Below are positions 1 through 13,931 of a stretch of DNA of 64,000 bases, piece after piece. Location: the NCBI GenBank assembly GCA_964016885.1, contig OZ024745.1:110050001-110114000 (forward strand), in the 5' to 3' direction. Below the pieces are notes generated by a model. It searched no databases. It worked only from the letters and a program-made list of their open reading frames with translations, and was not told the DNA's origin. The stretch comes from Eledone cirrhosa (lineage: Eukaryota). The position numbers and the translations under genes were made by a program. Every line of letters starts with the position of its first letter. Positions within the stretch are counted from its first letter, which is position 1.

Positions 1-27
1 TGACATTTATTCATTTCATCATATTAA

Positions 28-235
28 CCCTTTAGCATTTAAACTGGCCATATCTGGCCAGAATTCTCTCACCTCTTTCTGTTCAAACCAGCTGTAACTG
101 GCTGCTCATAATGATATTAAAGTATTGTTCTCAAAATGAATAATATCAAATTCTCATAGATTTGATATTATGTGAGGTAAAGCCTTTACCATGGAAATAT
201 GATAATATATATAGAGTAACATGAATGCTAAAGGG
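28..235 (+). mobile_element. piggyBac-type MITE (family P1), complete
   Basis: TTAA(24-27)-CCCTTTAGCATT...AATGCTAAAGGG-TTAA(236-239): perfect 12-bp TIR with TTAA TSD; three more copies in the window. Confidence 0.8.
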
Positions 236-486
236 TTAAACATGGTAAATTCCTTTTACCAACTTTAGGTTGGAGAAACTCTGAGCTGGGGTTGTTTCTT
301 GTTTCTATAGAATTTTGCTGATGAGAGAAATCTCCCTTTGAATGGGACACTAGTCTGTTGCAGTTAACTTTCTTTCCGGTCAGAGTTGCATATTTAAAGT
401 TCATATACTACTTAATTACATTGGTTAACTGAACTTTAACTATGCAGTGTATGAGTATTATGTTTGGCTGACAACTCATTATTATT

Positions 487-678
487 GGTGGATTGGCAGT
501 ATCAGTAGAGGGTTGGACGCCATGCTTTGCAGCACATAGTTACGTCCCTTGGCAGTCTGAGTTCAAATCCTGCCGAAGTTAACTTACTCTTTCATCCTTA
601 CAGGGTCGATAAAATAAAGTACCAGTAATGCACTGGGATAATTGCTGGCCTTGTGCCAAAAATAGAAACAATTATTAT
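487..678 (+). mobile_element. tRNA-derived SINE (family A, short subfamily)
   Basis: A-box-like TGGCAGTATCAGTAG, B-box GAGTTCAAATCC, central TTTCATCCTTACAGGGTCGATAAAATAAAGTACCAG, ATT tail; about 20 copies in the window. Confidence 0.85.
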
Positions 679-1304
679 CATCTAACATGTTTTGTTTCTT
701 GTTAACAAGGATTGGATAGATTGGCACAGATGATTGGTACTTAATCAGAGGCTACTGATCTCTCAACTGGGTTGGGGTCACATTTTATTATATATATTCC
801 CATACTTAGCAGTGCACCGAGTGCATTTTATCATGGCACCAACACTAGAGAGGCTGTCATGTCTTTGACACAACTGAAGAGTACTCTATACCCTTTCTTT
901 GGTAAGTTTTCTATTACTGGATACCTTTCTTATACAGACTGTACAGGGTGCAGAGAATCCTGTTTGAAGCTCTAGCATTTCCACAAATCCATGCTCTGGA
1001 CTGCTACTTTATTAACCCTAAAATGGTGAAAAGCAAAAATAATTGTGCACAGCAAGCAAAAAGAAATATTGCAATGTTGTAGCTAAAATAGAGGATGCAT
1101 TTCTGAGAAGACTGAAGCAGAAAAAAAAAAATTCTAATTCAAACACAAGGCAAATAAATCGATTATATTGATTATATTGACCCCAGTACATGATTGGGAT
1201 TTGATTTATTGACACTAGAAGGATAAAAGTGGGATTGCACTCAGAACTTAAAGAGTCATTACTAAATGCTGCAAAACATTCTGCTTGACACTCTGCCTAT
1301 CAAT

Positions 1305-1334
1305 AGTAGTAGTGATAGTAACAGTAGTAGTAGC

Positions 1335-1386
<52 letters not shown>

Positions 1387-1802
1387 TTAGTAGTAGTAAT
1401 CATCATGATGATTATGATAATTAGTTCATATGACTTCCATATCAACAGAAAATTGGGGGAAGAATTAGAGTTAGCATAGAATTAAAGCAATGCAAAGCAG
1501 GAATGAGAAAATAACAATGTTTAGAATTTGATATAAGCCAACAAAATACCTGGTTCAGATAAAGTTAAGTATTTATTATACCAAGTCATGACAGTACAGA
1601 AAGCTGAAATAAGCTTTAAAATAGTGTGTCTCTGGGGGGTGGTAGTAGTGGTGGTACTAGTGGTTGTCATGTTGGTGGTAGTGGCAGCAGTCATGGTGGT
1701 TGTGTGACAACAATGATAATAGTGATGATCATGATCAGGATTCTGATGGTGGTTGTTGTTGTCATCATCATCATTCTCCTCCTCCTCCTCCTCCTTCTCC
1801 TC
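1305..1802. repeat. trinucleotide microsatellites (GTA)n, (GGT)n, (CAT)n, (CTC)n
   Basis: visible directly; source of the poly-V/T/G/L ORFs. Confidence 0.9.
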
Positions 1803-1938
1803 AAAGTTACCTTTTTCATTATATCAAGTCAATGTAGGTAACAGAGTGAATGTTGGGTCAAAAAATATTTGGTTATTGCGTATTGATCAGGAATGACATA
1901 ACAGTTATTTAGTTATGTCACATCTAATCAATACTCAC

Positions 1939-2036
1939 CTGCAAATGATTGATTAAGCTTCAAGCAAGCAGAAATTCTGCAAACTTGTAGATTATTCAAC
2001 AATAAATAAATTCCCATCAACCATGTAAACAGTTGA
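1939..2036 (-). other. candidate host exon (98 nt)
   Basis: minus strand ttgttgttccttcag|TCAACTG...TTTGCAG|gtgagt; one open frame QLFTWLMGIYLLLNNLQVCRISACLKLNQSFA; no homology recognised. Confidence 0.25.
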
Positions 2037-2991
2037 CTGAAGGAACAACAATATATGTTACACAAATTCTTCAAACCAAAATTATAAGATGTTCAATTTT
2101 ATAATGTCTAAAGCTCCCCTCCATAGACACAGACACACACAAACAAACACATATCACCTCACTCCCATGCAACAGCACAACTTCAGAAATACTCTACTGT
2201 GCTTATCATTGTTGATTTATTTGTTTACATTTGAGATGACAGCTGAAGTTGATATTTAGGTGAGAACTGATCAAATCTGAAATTACCAGAAGAATTCTTA
2301 TCTCATGCACTGCTTCAATAAGATTTAAAAAAATATAGAGAGAAATTCCAACACCCAAAGGATTAGCAGCATGCCTTTTGGTTCTTTAATTCCAATTACA
2401 GTGAAAAAGATAGCATCACTGAGTAAACCCAACAAAACAAGAAAGCTAGCATTCCTTCAGAATTCAATATTGATACTAAAAACACTGCCCACAGAGAATT
2501 GTGGCAATTTAAATAAATGCTTCTTTTCTTTTCTTTTTTTGTTATTTCTTTCAATATCATTGACTCATTTCTGTTTCGCTTCAGGAGTAATGAATTAAAC
2601 TACTAAACAAAAGATGAACAGTTTTTTTTTGTTTTGTTTTTTACATAACATTAACAAAAACAAAATTATAATCTATATATTGTTTCTGAATTATGATATA
2701 ATTATTCATGGTAATTCATACTTTGAAGCTCACACCTTAGATTTTGTTGGTAAATTCTAGAAAATACCTAATGTTAAAACTATATTATCACTAATAATTA
2801 GTCATGAATAATCTTGATAATTCTTTTTATTCTGAAACAATTTCTTTTCAAGTTATCAAAGAGAAACTATTAGTTATCTTTGATTTAAAAAAAAATAACT
2901 AATGGAAAAAGCAGTCAAAAATGAAACTACACATAAGCCTGACATAAACTAGATGGGATGGGAAAACTGAGGATGATACAACTAAAAATGG

Positions 2992-3357
2992 AATAGTGTA
3001 AAACAGATTGAGTATCAAATAAAAGGTTGTTCAAATAAATGGTGTAAAACAGATTGGGTATCAAATAAAAGGTTCAAATAAATGGTGTAAGACAGATGGA
3101 GTATCAAATAAAAGGTGGTTCAAATGAATGTTGTAAAACAGATTGAGTATCAAATAAAAGGTTGTTCAAATGAATGGTGTAAAATAGATTGAGTATTAAA
3201 TAAAAGGTTGTTCAAATGAATGGTGTAAAATAGATTGAGTATCAAATAAAAGGTGGTTCAAATGAATGGCGTAAAACAGATTGAGTATCAAATAAATGGT
3301 TGTTCAAATGAATCGTGTAAAACAGATTCAGTATCAAATAAAAGGTTGTTCAAATGA
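2992..3357. repeat. 46-bp minisatellite, about 8 copies
   Basis: unit GGTGTAAAACAGATTGAGTATCAAATAAAAGGTTGTTCAAATGAAT. Confidence 0.92.
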
Positions 3358-3828
3358 AATTAGGCTAAAGACAAAATAAAATATCAAATGCAATCGGTAT
3401 AAACTAGGTGATAGATAAAATGGCTGACAAATTAAATGTATAAGTAATGAAATGTAAAGAACATATATTGAAATGTAAGTAAAATAAAAAAGAAAAGTTC
3501 AGTTGAAAAAAAATCATGGAATGTTTCCAATTATATGTCTTCAGTTTAGCTATGAATGTCAATTGCCAGCCTAGTTTAATATCAAGGGTACTCAATCATT
3601 ATTAATCCTTTTATAGACAATACACTTTTCACAAGACGATACTACTGTAGAAAAATGCTAAAAATGCTCTTGTCCGGTCAGTTTTTCACTCAATATAATA
3701 TTTTTAACAGTCTGCATATATCTTTAAATGTCCTTTGTTTACAGTAAATCACAAAATAAAATGTTGCTTTAGTTCATAGAGAAATTAAATACTCCAAGCT
3801 ATAAGAAATATTTTTTTTTAGAATTTAA

Positions 3829-4057
3829 CCCTTTCTAATGAAAGTCTGCTTATGGGTTTCAAATAATTTTCAACATAATCCAGAATTTGAAGAGATTTAG
3901 TAATATCATTTTTCCATTATTAAGTTGAATATTGAAACATAAAGATTCTAATATAAAATCATGATGAAAGGTTTATAGATAAATATAAACACTTTAAAAT
4001 AGACAGCTTTGTATCATAGAACCAGGGGTGGTTTCTGACAGTTTGTTATTAAAAGAG
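3829..4057 (+). mobile_element. TTAA-flanked piggyBac-type MITE (family P2)
   Basis: TTAA-CCCTTTCTAAT...ATTAAAAGAG-TTAA; related copies near 18870, 57905 and 63304, inverted copies near 14560-14697 and 62870-63050. Confidence 0.65.
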
Positions 4058-5318
4058 TTAAACTAAATAGATGTCTTATTGCACAACTAATGCTTTAGCA
4101 GCAAGTTTAAGATGCTGGTTCTAAATCTTAATGATGGCCTATCTCATACATATCCCAAGGACAAAGAATAAAGAATGTAATGTGTAATGAAGGATTGGTT
4201 GTGAAACAAACTCTAACAAATGAATGTTAAGGTTACTCTAAACGTGGCGCACAGACACACACACACATAGTAAACATACACACACATACATACAGAAAAA
4301 GGGGTCAAGAACTTAGAAAGTAATTACCAATTCATAAGTTTATTGTTTGCTTTCTATGAAGGTTGATTGAAACAAGTAACCTATCTTATTGAAAGACATC
4401 CAATTACAGTGACACATTCCTTCTGTCACCAACATGACTACAATTGCAAATATTTCTACAAGAAAGAACTATATCCATCCTAGAAGTAGATAATATCTGA
4501 TGCATTTGATATTTGTCAATTACCTCAGGCAGAATCTGAAAGGTCAGTCGACAATGACATGAAATTATATACGAATACATTCTGCTAAAACTTTTCAAAA
4601 AGATGAAATCTGATTGTACTCTGATGACCCTACAAAGAATTCATCTAAGACTAAAAATAATTAAATTAGGGTATTATTGTATTCCAGCAGTCTATCTGTA
4701 TGATATTGTCATACATAGCTAATTTCAATATTTGGAGACTAATTAAAACCAAATCTTTCTTTCTAGATACAAAAGGTCAATGAACTAATTGTTGAACTAG
4801 CTGACATTTTCTTTGATTTGCTTCTAATATTTTCATCCAGTTAATAATACATTACTGAAGCAGCTGTCTATACCTTTTAACAGCTTTTACTTCGATTTTG
4901 ATTTTATAAGCATTATCATATTTCTGTATTTCTGTTTCTTAAGATATCAGGTTAACTTTACAAAACATCCCTTCTTGTAAATACCATTAGTATATAGCCT
5001 CCGGTAGTAGACTATGTCACCAAATCTTTGGTAGAAGTATTGAAGACAATAACAAATAAACACATAAGGAAATAGAAGAGCAAAAGAAAAATCTGCAAAG
5101 GGACAAAAACAACAACAACAAGAATCTCAAAAGAAAAACATATAAAGGATTCAGTAAAAGAGTGTGTGTGGGGGGGGGGGGAGAGAAAAAACATTAAAGG
5201 AAATGAAAAATTAGAAGGATTTATGAATGGACAGCTGGATCAATATACTGATTAATTCATTGATAAAAGGTAGAAAGATGGGATGATAACTGCAGGAATT
5301 ATATATATGTATATATAT

Positions 5319-5475
5319 CATTATCATCATCATATCATATCATTGTTTAACGTTCATTTTCCATGCTAGCATGGGTTAAACAGGTTGTCCCATTAGAAGC
5401 AAGTTAGGTCAGGTGACTGTGTCTTGCTAGGTTTCTACAGCTGGATGCCCTTCCTAACGCCAACCACATTTACAC
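5319..5475 (-). mobile_element. RTE-tailed SINE / bipartite element fragment (family B)
   Basis: (CAT)n-GTTTAACGTTCATTTTCCATGCTAGCATGGG...GCTGGATGCCCTTCCTAACGCCAACCAC; multicopy in the window. Confidence 0.75.
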
Positions 5476-5899
5476 TGCTTTATGACATGGCTCCTACACG
5501 ACTACTTTACACTATATATATATATGTGTGTGGGTGTGTGTGTGTGTGTGATGCATTGGTGTATCTCAAATAACATGTATTTATATAAATAGTGGATTTT
5601 GCAGTTGTAAGCAAGGAAAGAGGTAAAGGAGATGAATTGAGACATTGTAGAAGTGGAAAGTAAGAGAGAGCTAGTATAAAATGATGGATGAAATGTGGTG
5701 CAATAACTAAAATCAAAATTAGTAGCATTACTGTAAATGGCTACAATGGTGGAACTGTGAGGCTTGTTGCTGTTGCTGTGTTAGTAGTGATTAGTTGTTA
5801 GGGAATGCTTACAAATCTATAATCTTTCTTCAGACTGTTTTCAGTCTTGACTTGGCAAATCTGTTACCAGCCTGAGTATGTGTAAGCATGGTTTCATGA

Positions 5900-6130
5900 G
5901 TCCAGATCATTCTGACTGTTTAGAGAAGGTTCCCACTTCTGAATGAAATACACCTTTGTGATTTAGGGGTTTACCACAGGTATTTTTATTGTTATGGTTC
6001 CTCCATATTCTTCTCTGAGTTGGAACTTGCACTTTATAGAAGTGTTCCTATATTTCGTGGTGTAGTTGGCACTTCATTGGGTCTAATTTACATACCACAT
6101 GCACGGTTTAATTCAGACACAACATGGTCC
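5900..6130 (-). pseudogene. possible Penelope-like GIY-YIG endonuclease C-terminal relic
   Basis: minus-strand peptide KVYFIQKWEPSLNSQ resembles the terminal I...P.LN motif of PLE endonucleases; interrupted by stops. Confidence 0.25.
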
Positions 6131-6499
6131 CACAATCATAATAGAGATTAGAAGATAAAGCATTGTAATCAAATATCTTAAGGTATTCTGTCCAATGTTC
6201 AACTGATTTGGACATCCACCACTAAAGTATTTAAAGGGATAGAAAATACATTCAATAGATTACAATTATCAGAAGACTGCTAAAATGGCTAAATAACTTA
6301 TCAAGTAGCTACAGTCATAGCTTTCATATCTTAACTTATCCCTAACCATAAAATACCGCAGTCAAAAACAATGATGTAAAGGGTTATACTATAATTTTTC
6401 TCTGGTTAGCAAATTTATTCAATCTGAAATTAAAGAATATATTCTCAATAGTTCAAACATGGACATTAAACGATGGTGATGGTTAACTCTCTTGTTACC

Positions 6500-6885
6500 G
6501 TATTTCCAATATGGCCAATAAGAAGTATGCATTACCTCCATTGAACTTGATTTTGCACCAGCTATTCACTCATAAAAAGTGGCAGTTTTAGGAAATGTGT
6601 TCGATCCCTGAAGATGTGACAACATTTTGGTTGAGTATTCTCATCCTGTCATTTGGTGAAGGATGTTGGCTAGCTGTTCTCTGTTAGGACATATTTGAAC
6701 TGTTTGGTGTTAATGGTTTTATTGCTTGCTTTGCTGCATCTGTTGCATATATAGAAGATACTGTTACAAATTTGCTGAGGTGCATCAACTCAGAGTCTAT
6801 GTTGAATTTCTGGTTTAACTTTATGGCCTCCTCCCAGGAAGTCAACATAAGGATGTCCTCCCCATACCTGGAGAAGTATAAGAGG
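6500..6885 (-). pseudogene. Penelope-like element reverse transcriptase relic
   Basis: [28 protein letters not shown] resembles the PLE RT RYVDD motif region (degenerate); stops downstream. Confidence 0.45.
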
Positions 6886-6926
6886 TGTGTATGTGTGTAT
6901 GTACACACACACACACACACACACAT

Positions 6927-6999
<73 letters not shown>

Positions 7000-7047
7000 A
7001 ACACATACATAATATATGCACATATATATATATATATACAAACACAC

Positions 7048-7084
<37 letters not shown>

Positions 7085-7110
7085 TTGGCAACATGACCCT
7101 CCCAAAGTAT

Positions 7111-7141
<31 letters not shown>

Positions 7142-7511
7142 CAAACACACACGTATACATATATATATACAAACACACACGTATACATATATATATATAT
7201 ATATATATACAAACACTCACATATACATATATATATATACAAACACATACATATACATACATATATACAAACATACATATATATATATATATATACAAAC
7301 ATACACATATACATACATATATATATCAAAACACACACATATACATATATATATAGATATATACAAACACACACATATACATACATATATATATACAAAC
7401 ACATACATATACATACATATATATATATATACAAACACATACATATACATACATATATATATACAAACACAAAAAAAACATACATATATATATATACAAA
7501 CACACACATAA

Positions 7512-7542
<31 letters not shown>

Positions 7543-8118
7543 CAAACATATACATATACATACATATATATATATACAAAAATATACATACATATATATA
7601 CAAACACACACATATACACATATATATATATATACACCTTGCAAGCAGGGAAAAGCGGACGTAAAGTGATGATGCAAACACACACATAATACATGCATAT
7701 ATATATATATATATATATATATCATCATCATCTCATTTTACGTCCACTTTTCCCTGCTTGCAAGGGTGGGACGGGAACTGATTCTGGCTTGATTTCTACA
7801 GCTGGATGCCCTTCCTAACACCAACCTCATTTACAGTGAGTGCTGGGTGCTTTTTTGCCGTGGCACCTCCACGACCACTTTGCAGTGGAATGATAGGGAC
7901 CCCAATCCCTATCATCTCATTTCTACAGCTGAGTAAACTGGAGCAATATATATATATACACAAACACACACATAATACATGCCTATATATATATATATAT
8001 ACATACAAACACACACATAATACATGCATATATATATATATATATACATACAAACACACACATAATACATGCATATATATATATATATATATATATACAA
8101 ACACACACATAATACATG

Positions 8119-8152
<34 letters not shown>

Positions 8153-8171
8153 AACACACACATAATACATG

Positions 8172-8207
<36 letters not shown>

Positions 8208-8642
8208 AACACACACATAATACATGCCTATATATATATATATACATACAAACACACACATAATACATGCCTATATATATATACATACAAACACACACAT
8301 AATACATGCCTATATATATATATATATATACATACAAACACACACATAATACATGCCTATATATATATATATATATACATACAAACACACACATAATACA
8401 TGCCTATATATATATATATATATATATATACATACAAACACACACATAATACATGCCTATATATATATACATACAAACACACACATAATACATGCATATA
8501 TATATATACATACAAACACACACATAATACATGCCTATATATATATATATATATACATACAAACACACACATAATACATGCCTATATATATATACATACA
8601 AACACACACATAATACATGCATATATATATATATATATATAT
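6885..8642. repeat. compound (TA)n/(CA)n field grading into a CAAACACACACATAATACATGCC(TA)n minisatellite
   Basis: visible directly; the higher-order unit is repeated from about 7960 to 8640. Confidence 0.92.
7722..7947 (-). mobile_element. family B SINE, 5'-truncated
   Basis: near-identical to 23521-23747; (GAT)n tail on the minus strand. Confidence 0.85.
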
Positions 8643-8952
8643 AGGTACATTTTGGGGCAACTCTTTTGTTGATGCTTTACTTTTGTTTATCAGTTGTTGT
8701 ATTTTTATTGTTTGTTTTTAAGCAGAGGGAATCAATATATTTGTTGAATATAAATGTGCACATATACACACGTATAGATATAAGCATACACACATAGACA
8801 TGACACATATACATAGAAGAGAGGTGAGGGAGAAAGATAGATTTTGCACATACAATACATTGAATTTAAGTGTGTAGGATTGCATGTGCTGAAAAAATAT
8901 GTATAAATATAGGTAAATTCAATCTTTAATTTTGGTCTTTATGTTTATTTGC

Positions 8953-8999
<47 letters not shown>

Positions 9000-9019
9000 C
9001 ACATATTGAAGTATATCAG

Positions 9020-9059
<40 letters not shown>

Positions 9060-9100
9060 TATATACATATATATATATATGTATATATAAATATATATAC

Positions 9101-9133
<33 letters not shown>

Positions 9134-9860
9134 TTAGTGTTCGTGATTTGAAATACTCTTATATATTAACTGTTCTCTTAGCACTATTTTTTGTGTGACC
9201 CTCATGTTAATATTTTATACTTTTTTAATTGTTTTATTTTGTATATTTTATTTATGGTTATATATATATATCTTATTTGTTCTTAAGCAGAGGGGTAAAA
9301 TTTAAGGAATCAATTTAGTTGATGAATGCAAAGTTTTCTTGTATACCCATAAGCATTTCAAAGAATTTTTCAGCTTTACAATCCAGGTGTTCACTATCAA
9401 AGACAAAAGAAATGAGTCGACCAAAATACAGAAAAGAGAAAAAAAAGTGAGGAATAAAATATAGCAACAATGATAATATATGGGAAAGAATATATTTATA
9501 TATATATAAGTGTGTGTGTAGGCATACACCATCATCCTTATTATATATATATATATAAAGTATGTGTGTATATATATATGTATATTCTTAAATTTTTCTA
9601 AAAAAAAATGTAGTGAAACGAAATTCATTTATTTTTCTTATGAAGATTTTTGTTTGCTACTAGAGTGTCCTGGCTGACATTAGCCAAAGTATCACCATAT
9701 CTTGAATTATATATTTCAGCATCATTTCTAAACATTTATTTTATTGATTTTTATTTATATTTTGAAAGATTTTTGTATATTTTTTTAAGTGTTAGGTTAG
9801 TATATGTGTGAATAAATATGTTTTCTTTCTCTTTTACTCTGCCTCTCTCCCCCTCTCTCT

Positions 9861-9894
<34 letters not shown>

Positions 9895-9979
9895 TAGATA
9901 GATAGATAGATATAGATATAATTTCTAATTTCAGTGGTATGAATCTATGAATCTTCATAAGCTTGCATATATGTAACTG

Positions 9980-10041
<62 letters not shown>

Positions 10042-10045
<4 letters not shown>

Positions 10046-10231
10046 TAAACGGAATAGAAAATGCTGACAAATTGTTCACAGTTGAAAAATGGTTTAATTA
10101 GGAATAAATGAGTATTAGTGATTGTATGGGTTAGTATTCAGTTGTGGTTTTAAGTTTTTAAGTTTTTACCGGTTGCGCATTTCTAAATGCTTTTCAAAAA
10201 TAATTTTGAGATAGAGTGTCCGTGCTGTTTG
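10042..10231 (-). mobile_element. unique island in (TA)n; putative Penelope-like pseudo-LTR relic with degenerate hammerhead
   Basis: minus strand TTT-TTGAAAA-GCATTT-AG-AAATGC-GCAA-CCGG-TA-AAAA (10163-10200). Confidence 0.4.
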
Positions 10232-10237
10232 CTCTGA

Positions 10238-10635
<398 letters not shown>

Positions 10636-10662
10636 GGGGGGGGGGCATATTGTTTATATGCT

Positions 10663-11322
10663 TCAGCATGTACCCATGGGAGGTCGGGTACCCTGTATTA
10701 CTGCGTGACGCCAGAAGTCACGGTCGTGTGTCATTGACTTTGAGAGGTGTAGTTGGGTAAGGTCGGCTTTTATCACCTCATCCCAAGTCATCTTGGGTCT
10801 CCCCACTCCGCGGTTTCCATCAACTTCTAGTGCTCTGCACCTTTTTATGCAGCTGTCATCCTTCATACGCATCACATGTCCATACCAGCGTAACCGCCTC
10901 TCCTGCACGCAGCATTTGATTCCTCTTATGCTCAGTCTCTCTCTCAATTCATTTATGCTTTGTCGTTCACGTATATTACTGTTACACATCCATCGGAGCA
11001 TGCAGGCTTCGTTTCTCTCTAATCTACGTAAGTCTTCCACCTTCAGCGCCCAGGTCTCACTACCATGCAACATCGCTGTTCGGATACACGCATCATACAG
11101 TCTGCCTTTCATTCTGAGGGAGAAGCCTTTTGCAGCTAGCAGTGGTAGTAGTTCCCTAAACTTCTTCCATCCCGTTCTTACCCTAGTTATTGTACTTTCT
11201 GAGCACCCACCTCCGTTGCTAATTCGGTCACCTAGGTAGCAGAAGCTGTCTACTGTTTCTACAGGGCCCTCCCAGAGATTGGTGGTACTTGTTTCCTGTG
11301 GCTGTTTGCTTGCTGTTTCAGC
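10663..11322 (-). mobile_element. RTE-clade LINE, 5'-truncated, RT C-terminal region
   Basis: VDSFCYLGD...GGGCSESTITRVRTGWKKFRELLPLL...LHGSETW...RRLRWYGHVMRM...GRPKMTWDEVIKADL; largely open frame. Confidence 0.93.
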
Positions 11323-11799
11323 AATATATATATATACAACATTTGAAATGTGTGCATCTCAATGTAAATGACCATAATAATAGTTAATCACTATTATTTA
11401 TTTGTACTGATCAAATATTATTTTATTCATTTGTATTAAGGAGTTAAGAGCAATTTACCTCTACCTATACTAAATCAAAAGAACACAAAATGGTAGATTC
11501 TTCTAACACACACATATATATATTTTGTTTACATTTTTTGTTTACATTTGTGTCCATCTGAGCCTGTGTTTATAATTAAAACCATTCATGCAAGACACCC
11601 TTTAGTCAACACACTATAAGAGGCATGTTATTATATATGTATATTTTTCTTATACAACCTTACCCTAAGTATATAAAATTATACTTCAGAAAACAATTAA
11701 AAAAATACAGGCATTCGGCATTACACAATACACATAGGTACCATAAGTAAAATCTATTTATGTATATTAGACATGATTTTTCTAAATTTTCATAAACTA

Positions 11800-11830
<31 letters not shown>

Positions 11831-11865
11831 CATACATATATATATATATACATATATATATGTAA

Positions 11866-12388
11866 AAAAAGTTCAAGCATGTTCTACAACGCGAGGACCA
11901 AAAACGTGAGGTGTTCAGGATTGCTAGGCAATGTGTCAAGGAAAACCGTGATATTATCGGGGAGAAGTGTGTCCTTAATGATGATGGTGTACTTGCCATC
12001 ACTGACGCTGATAAGAAGGTAGCTTGGAAGTGTCACTACGAAAGGCTACTAAATGAGGAGAATAAATGGGAGAAAGACAGTTTCCCCAACATCGATCCAA
12101 TAGAGGGACCAGCAGTGATAGTTGAAGGTAGTATAATAAGTAAGGCAATCAAAGATTTGAAGACGGGTAAGGCAGCTGGGCCTTCGGAAATAGTTGCTGA
12201 AATGCTGAAAGCATCTGGAACAGTGGGACACACTATGGTCACCCGGATAGTAAACCAAGTCATACAGAATGGGGTCGTTCCGAAGGACTGGCATAGCAGC
12301 ATCATCATTAACTGCTACAAGATTAATTCCCGTCCAAACCCATGCAAGCGTGGAAGATGGACGTTAAACGATGATGTTGATGATGATA
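11866..12388 (+). mobile_element. RTE-clade LINE internal fragment (linker/RT start) fused to the element 3' terminus
   Basis: WKCHYERLLNEEN.W...KAIKDLKTGKAAGPSEIVAEMLKA...PKDWHSSIIINCYK followed at once by CCCGTCCAAACCCATGCAAGCGTGGAAGATGGACGTTAAAC(GAT)n. Confidence 0.9.
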
Positions 12389-12423
12389 TACATATATATA
12401 TATATATATATACATATATATAC

Positions 12424-12454
<31 letters not shown>

Positions 12455-12557
12455 CATACATGTGTATATATATACACATATATATATACATACATGTGTA
12501 TATATATACATATTAACATATATATATATACATATATATATATATACATATATATAT

Positions 12558-12602
<45 letters not shown>

Positions 12603-12635
12603 TACATATATATATATACATATATATATATATAC

Positions 12636-12708
<73 letters not shown>

Positions 12709-12783
12709 CATATATATATATACATATATATATACATATATATATACATATATACATATATATATATATACATATATATATAC

Positions 12784-12814
<31 letters not shown>

Positions 12815-13027
12815 CATATATATATACATATACATATATATACATATATATACATATATATATATATATACATACATATATATATATACATATATATATA
12901 CATATATATATATACATATATATATATACATATATATATATATACATATATATATACATATATATATGTACATATATATATATACATATATATATATATA
13001 CATATATATATACATATATATATATAC

Positions 13028-13058
<31 letters not shown>

Positions 13059-13132
13059 CATATATATATACATATATATATGTACATATATATATATACA
13101 TATATATATATACATATATATATACATATATA
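12389..13132. repeat. long (TA)n/(TACA) microsatellite
   Basis: visible directly. Confidence 0.95.
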
Positions 13133-13673
13133 TGGTGGCTGCCAACTCGTTTTCGAGTATGGCCACTACTTTATATCCAATGTAGGAGAACCCCTGCCGA
13201 TGCGCTGAACGAGTGTGACTTTTTAGTCCAGCCAGCGACTTGAACACTGGTACAATTACTGACACAGAGTGCTGGGCCCATGGTACCATGTGATGACAAG
13301 TGCAGAGAGATCTCCAGATATAAAGCAATGCCTGTGCCGTGAATCTTTTATAGTGAGAAAAGGCACTGCACAAAGCCAGTCCCACTCTCTTAACCAAGAT
13401 GATATTTACCAAAAAGAAGAACAAGTCAACATCATTGGATACCATCAGAGTTGCAGGTGTTATATCAGAGTTTTCCTTCTCCTAGAATTCTGCCTTGACA
13501 AAGGCTAAGGGGTCATCTCTCCCAGTGATTTTGGATGGCCATTGACTCTTAAGAGCTCCTTTGCCTTTTGACAGGTTTTGTTTTTAGTCCTGCAGGATGT
13601 CCAAAGTCACCCTCCTCACCAAGAAACCTTGGTGGGGTTGCCAGTTTAGTCGCCAACGACCCGACCATGAGAC
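13133..13673 (-). mobile_element. internally deleted RTE-type element (5' UTR plus 3' end with zinc-finger-like remnant)
   Basis: GC-richer island in (TA)n; 3' part encodes [16 protein letters not shown] and ends GGCCATACTCGAAAACGAGTTGGCAGCCACCAT; 5' part GGTCGTTGGCGACTAAAC...GGACATCCTGCAGGACTAAAAAC resembles RTE 5' UTRs. Confidence 0.55.
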
Positions 13674-13777
13674 ATATACACATATATATACATACATATA
13701 TATATATATATACACACATATATATACATACATATATATATATATACATATATATATACATATATATATATATATAT

Positions 13778-13864
13778 GACGAGTGGAGAGATGCTGTGCT
13801 GAATAAGACCCATCCCACCCCTGCAAGCAGCGAAAAGCGGACGTAAAATGATGATGATGATGAT
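13778..13864 (+). mobile_element. RTE/family B 3' terminal fragment
   Basis: TGGAGAGATGCTGTGCTGAATAAGACCCATCCCACCCCTGCAAGCAGCGAAAAGCGGACGTAAAAT(GAT)n. Confidence 0.7.
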
Positions 13865-13898
13865 ATACACATATATATACATACATATATATATATAT

Positions 13899-13931
<33 letters not shown>

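Noticed and set aside
318-340. CTGATGAGAGAAA as a hammerhead core (also CTGATGA at 4621, 38608 and 63108)
   Set aside because: No stem II or stem III can form, or the match lies within an unrelated repeat.
2992-3357. Regular repeat array resembling CRISPR
   Set aside because: Units are contiguous with no unique spacers, no cas genes are present, and the context is eukaryotic.
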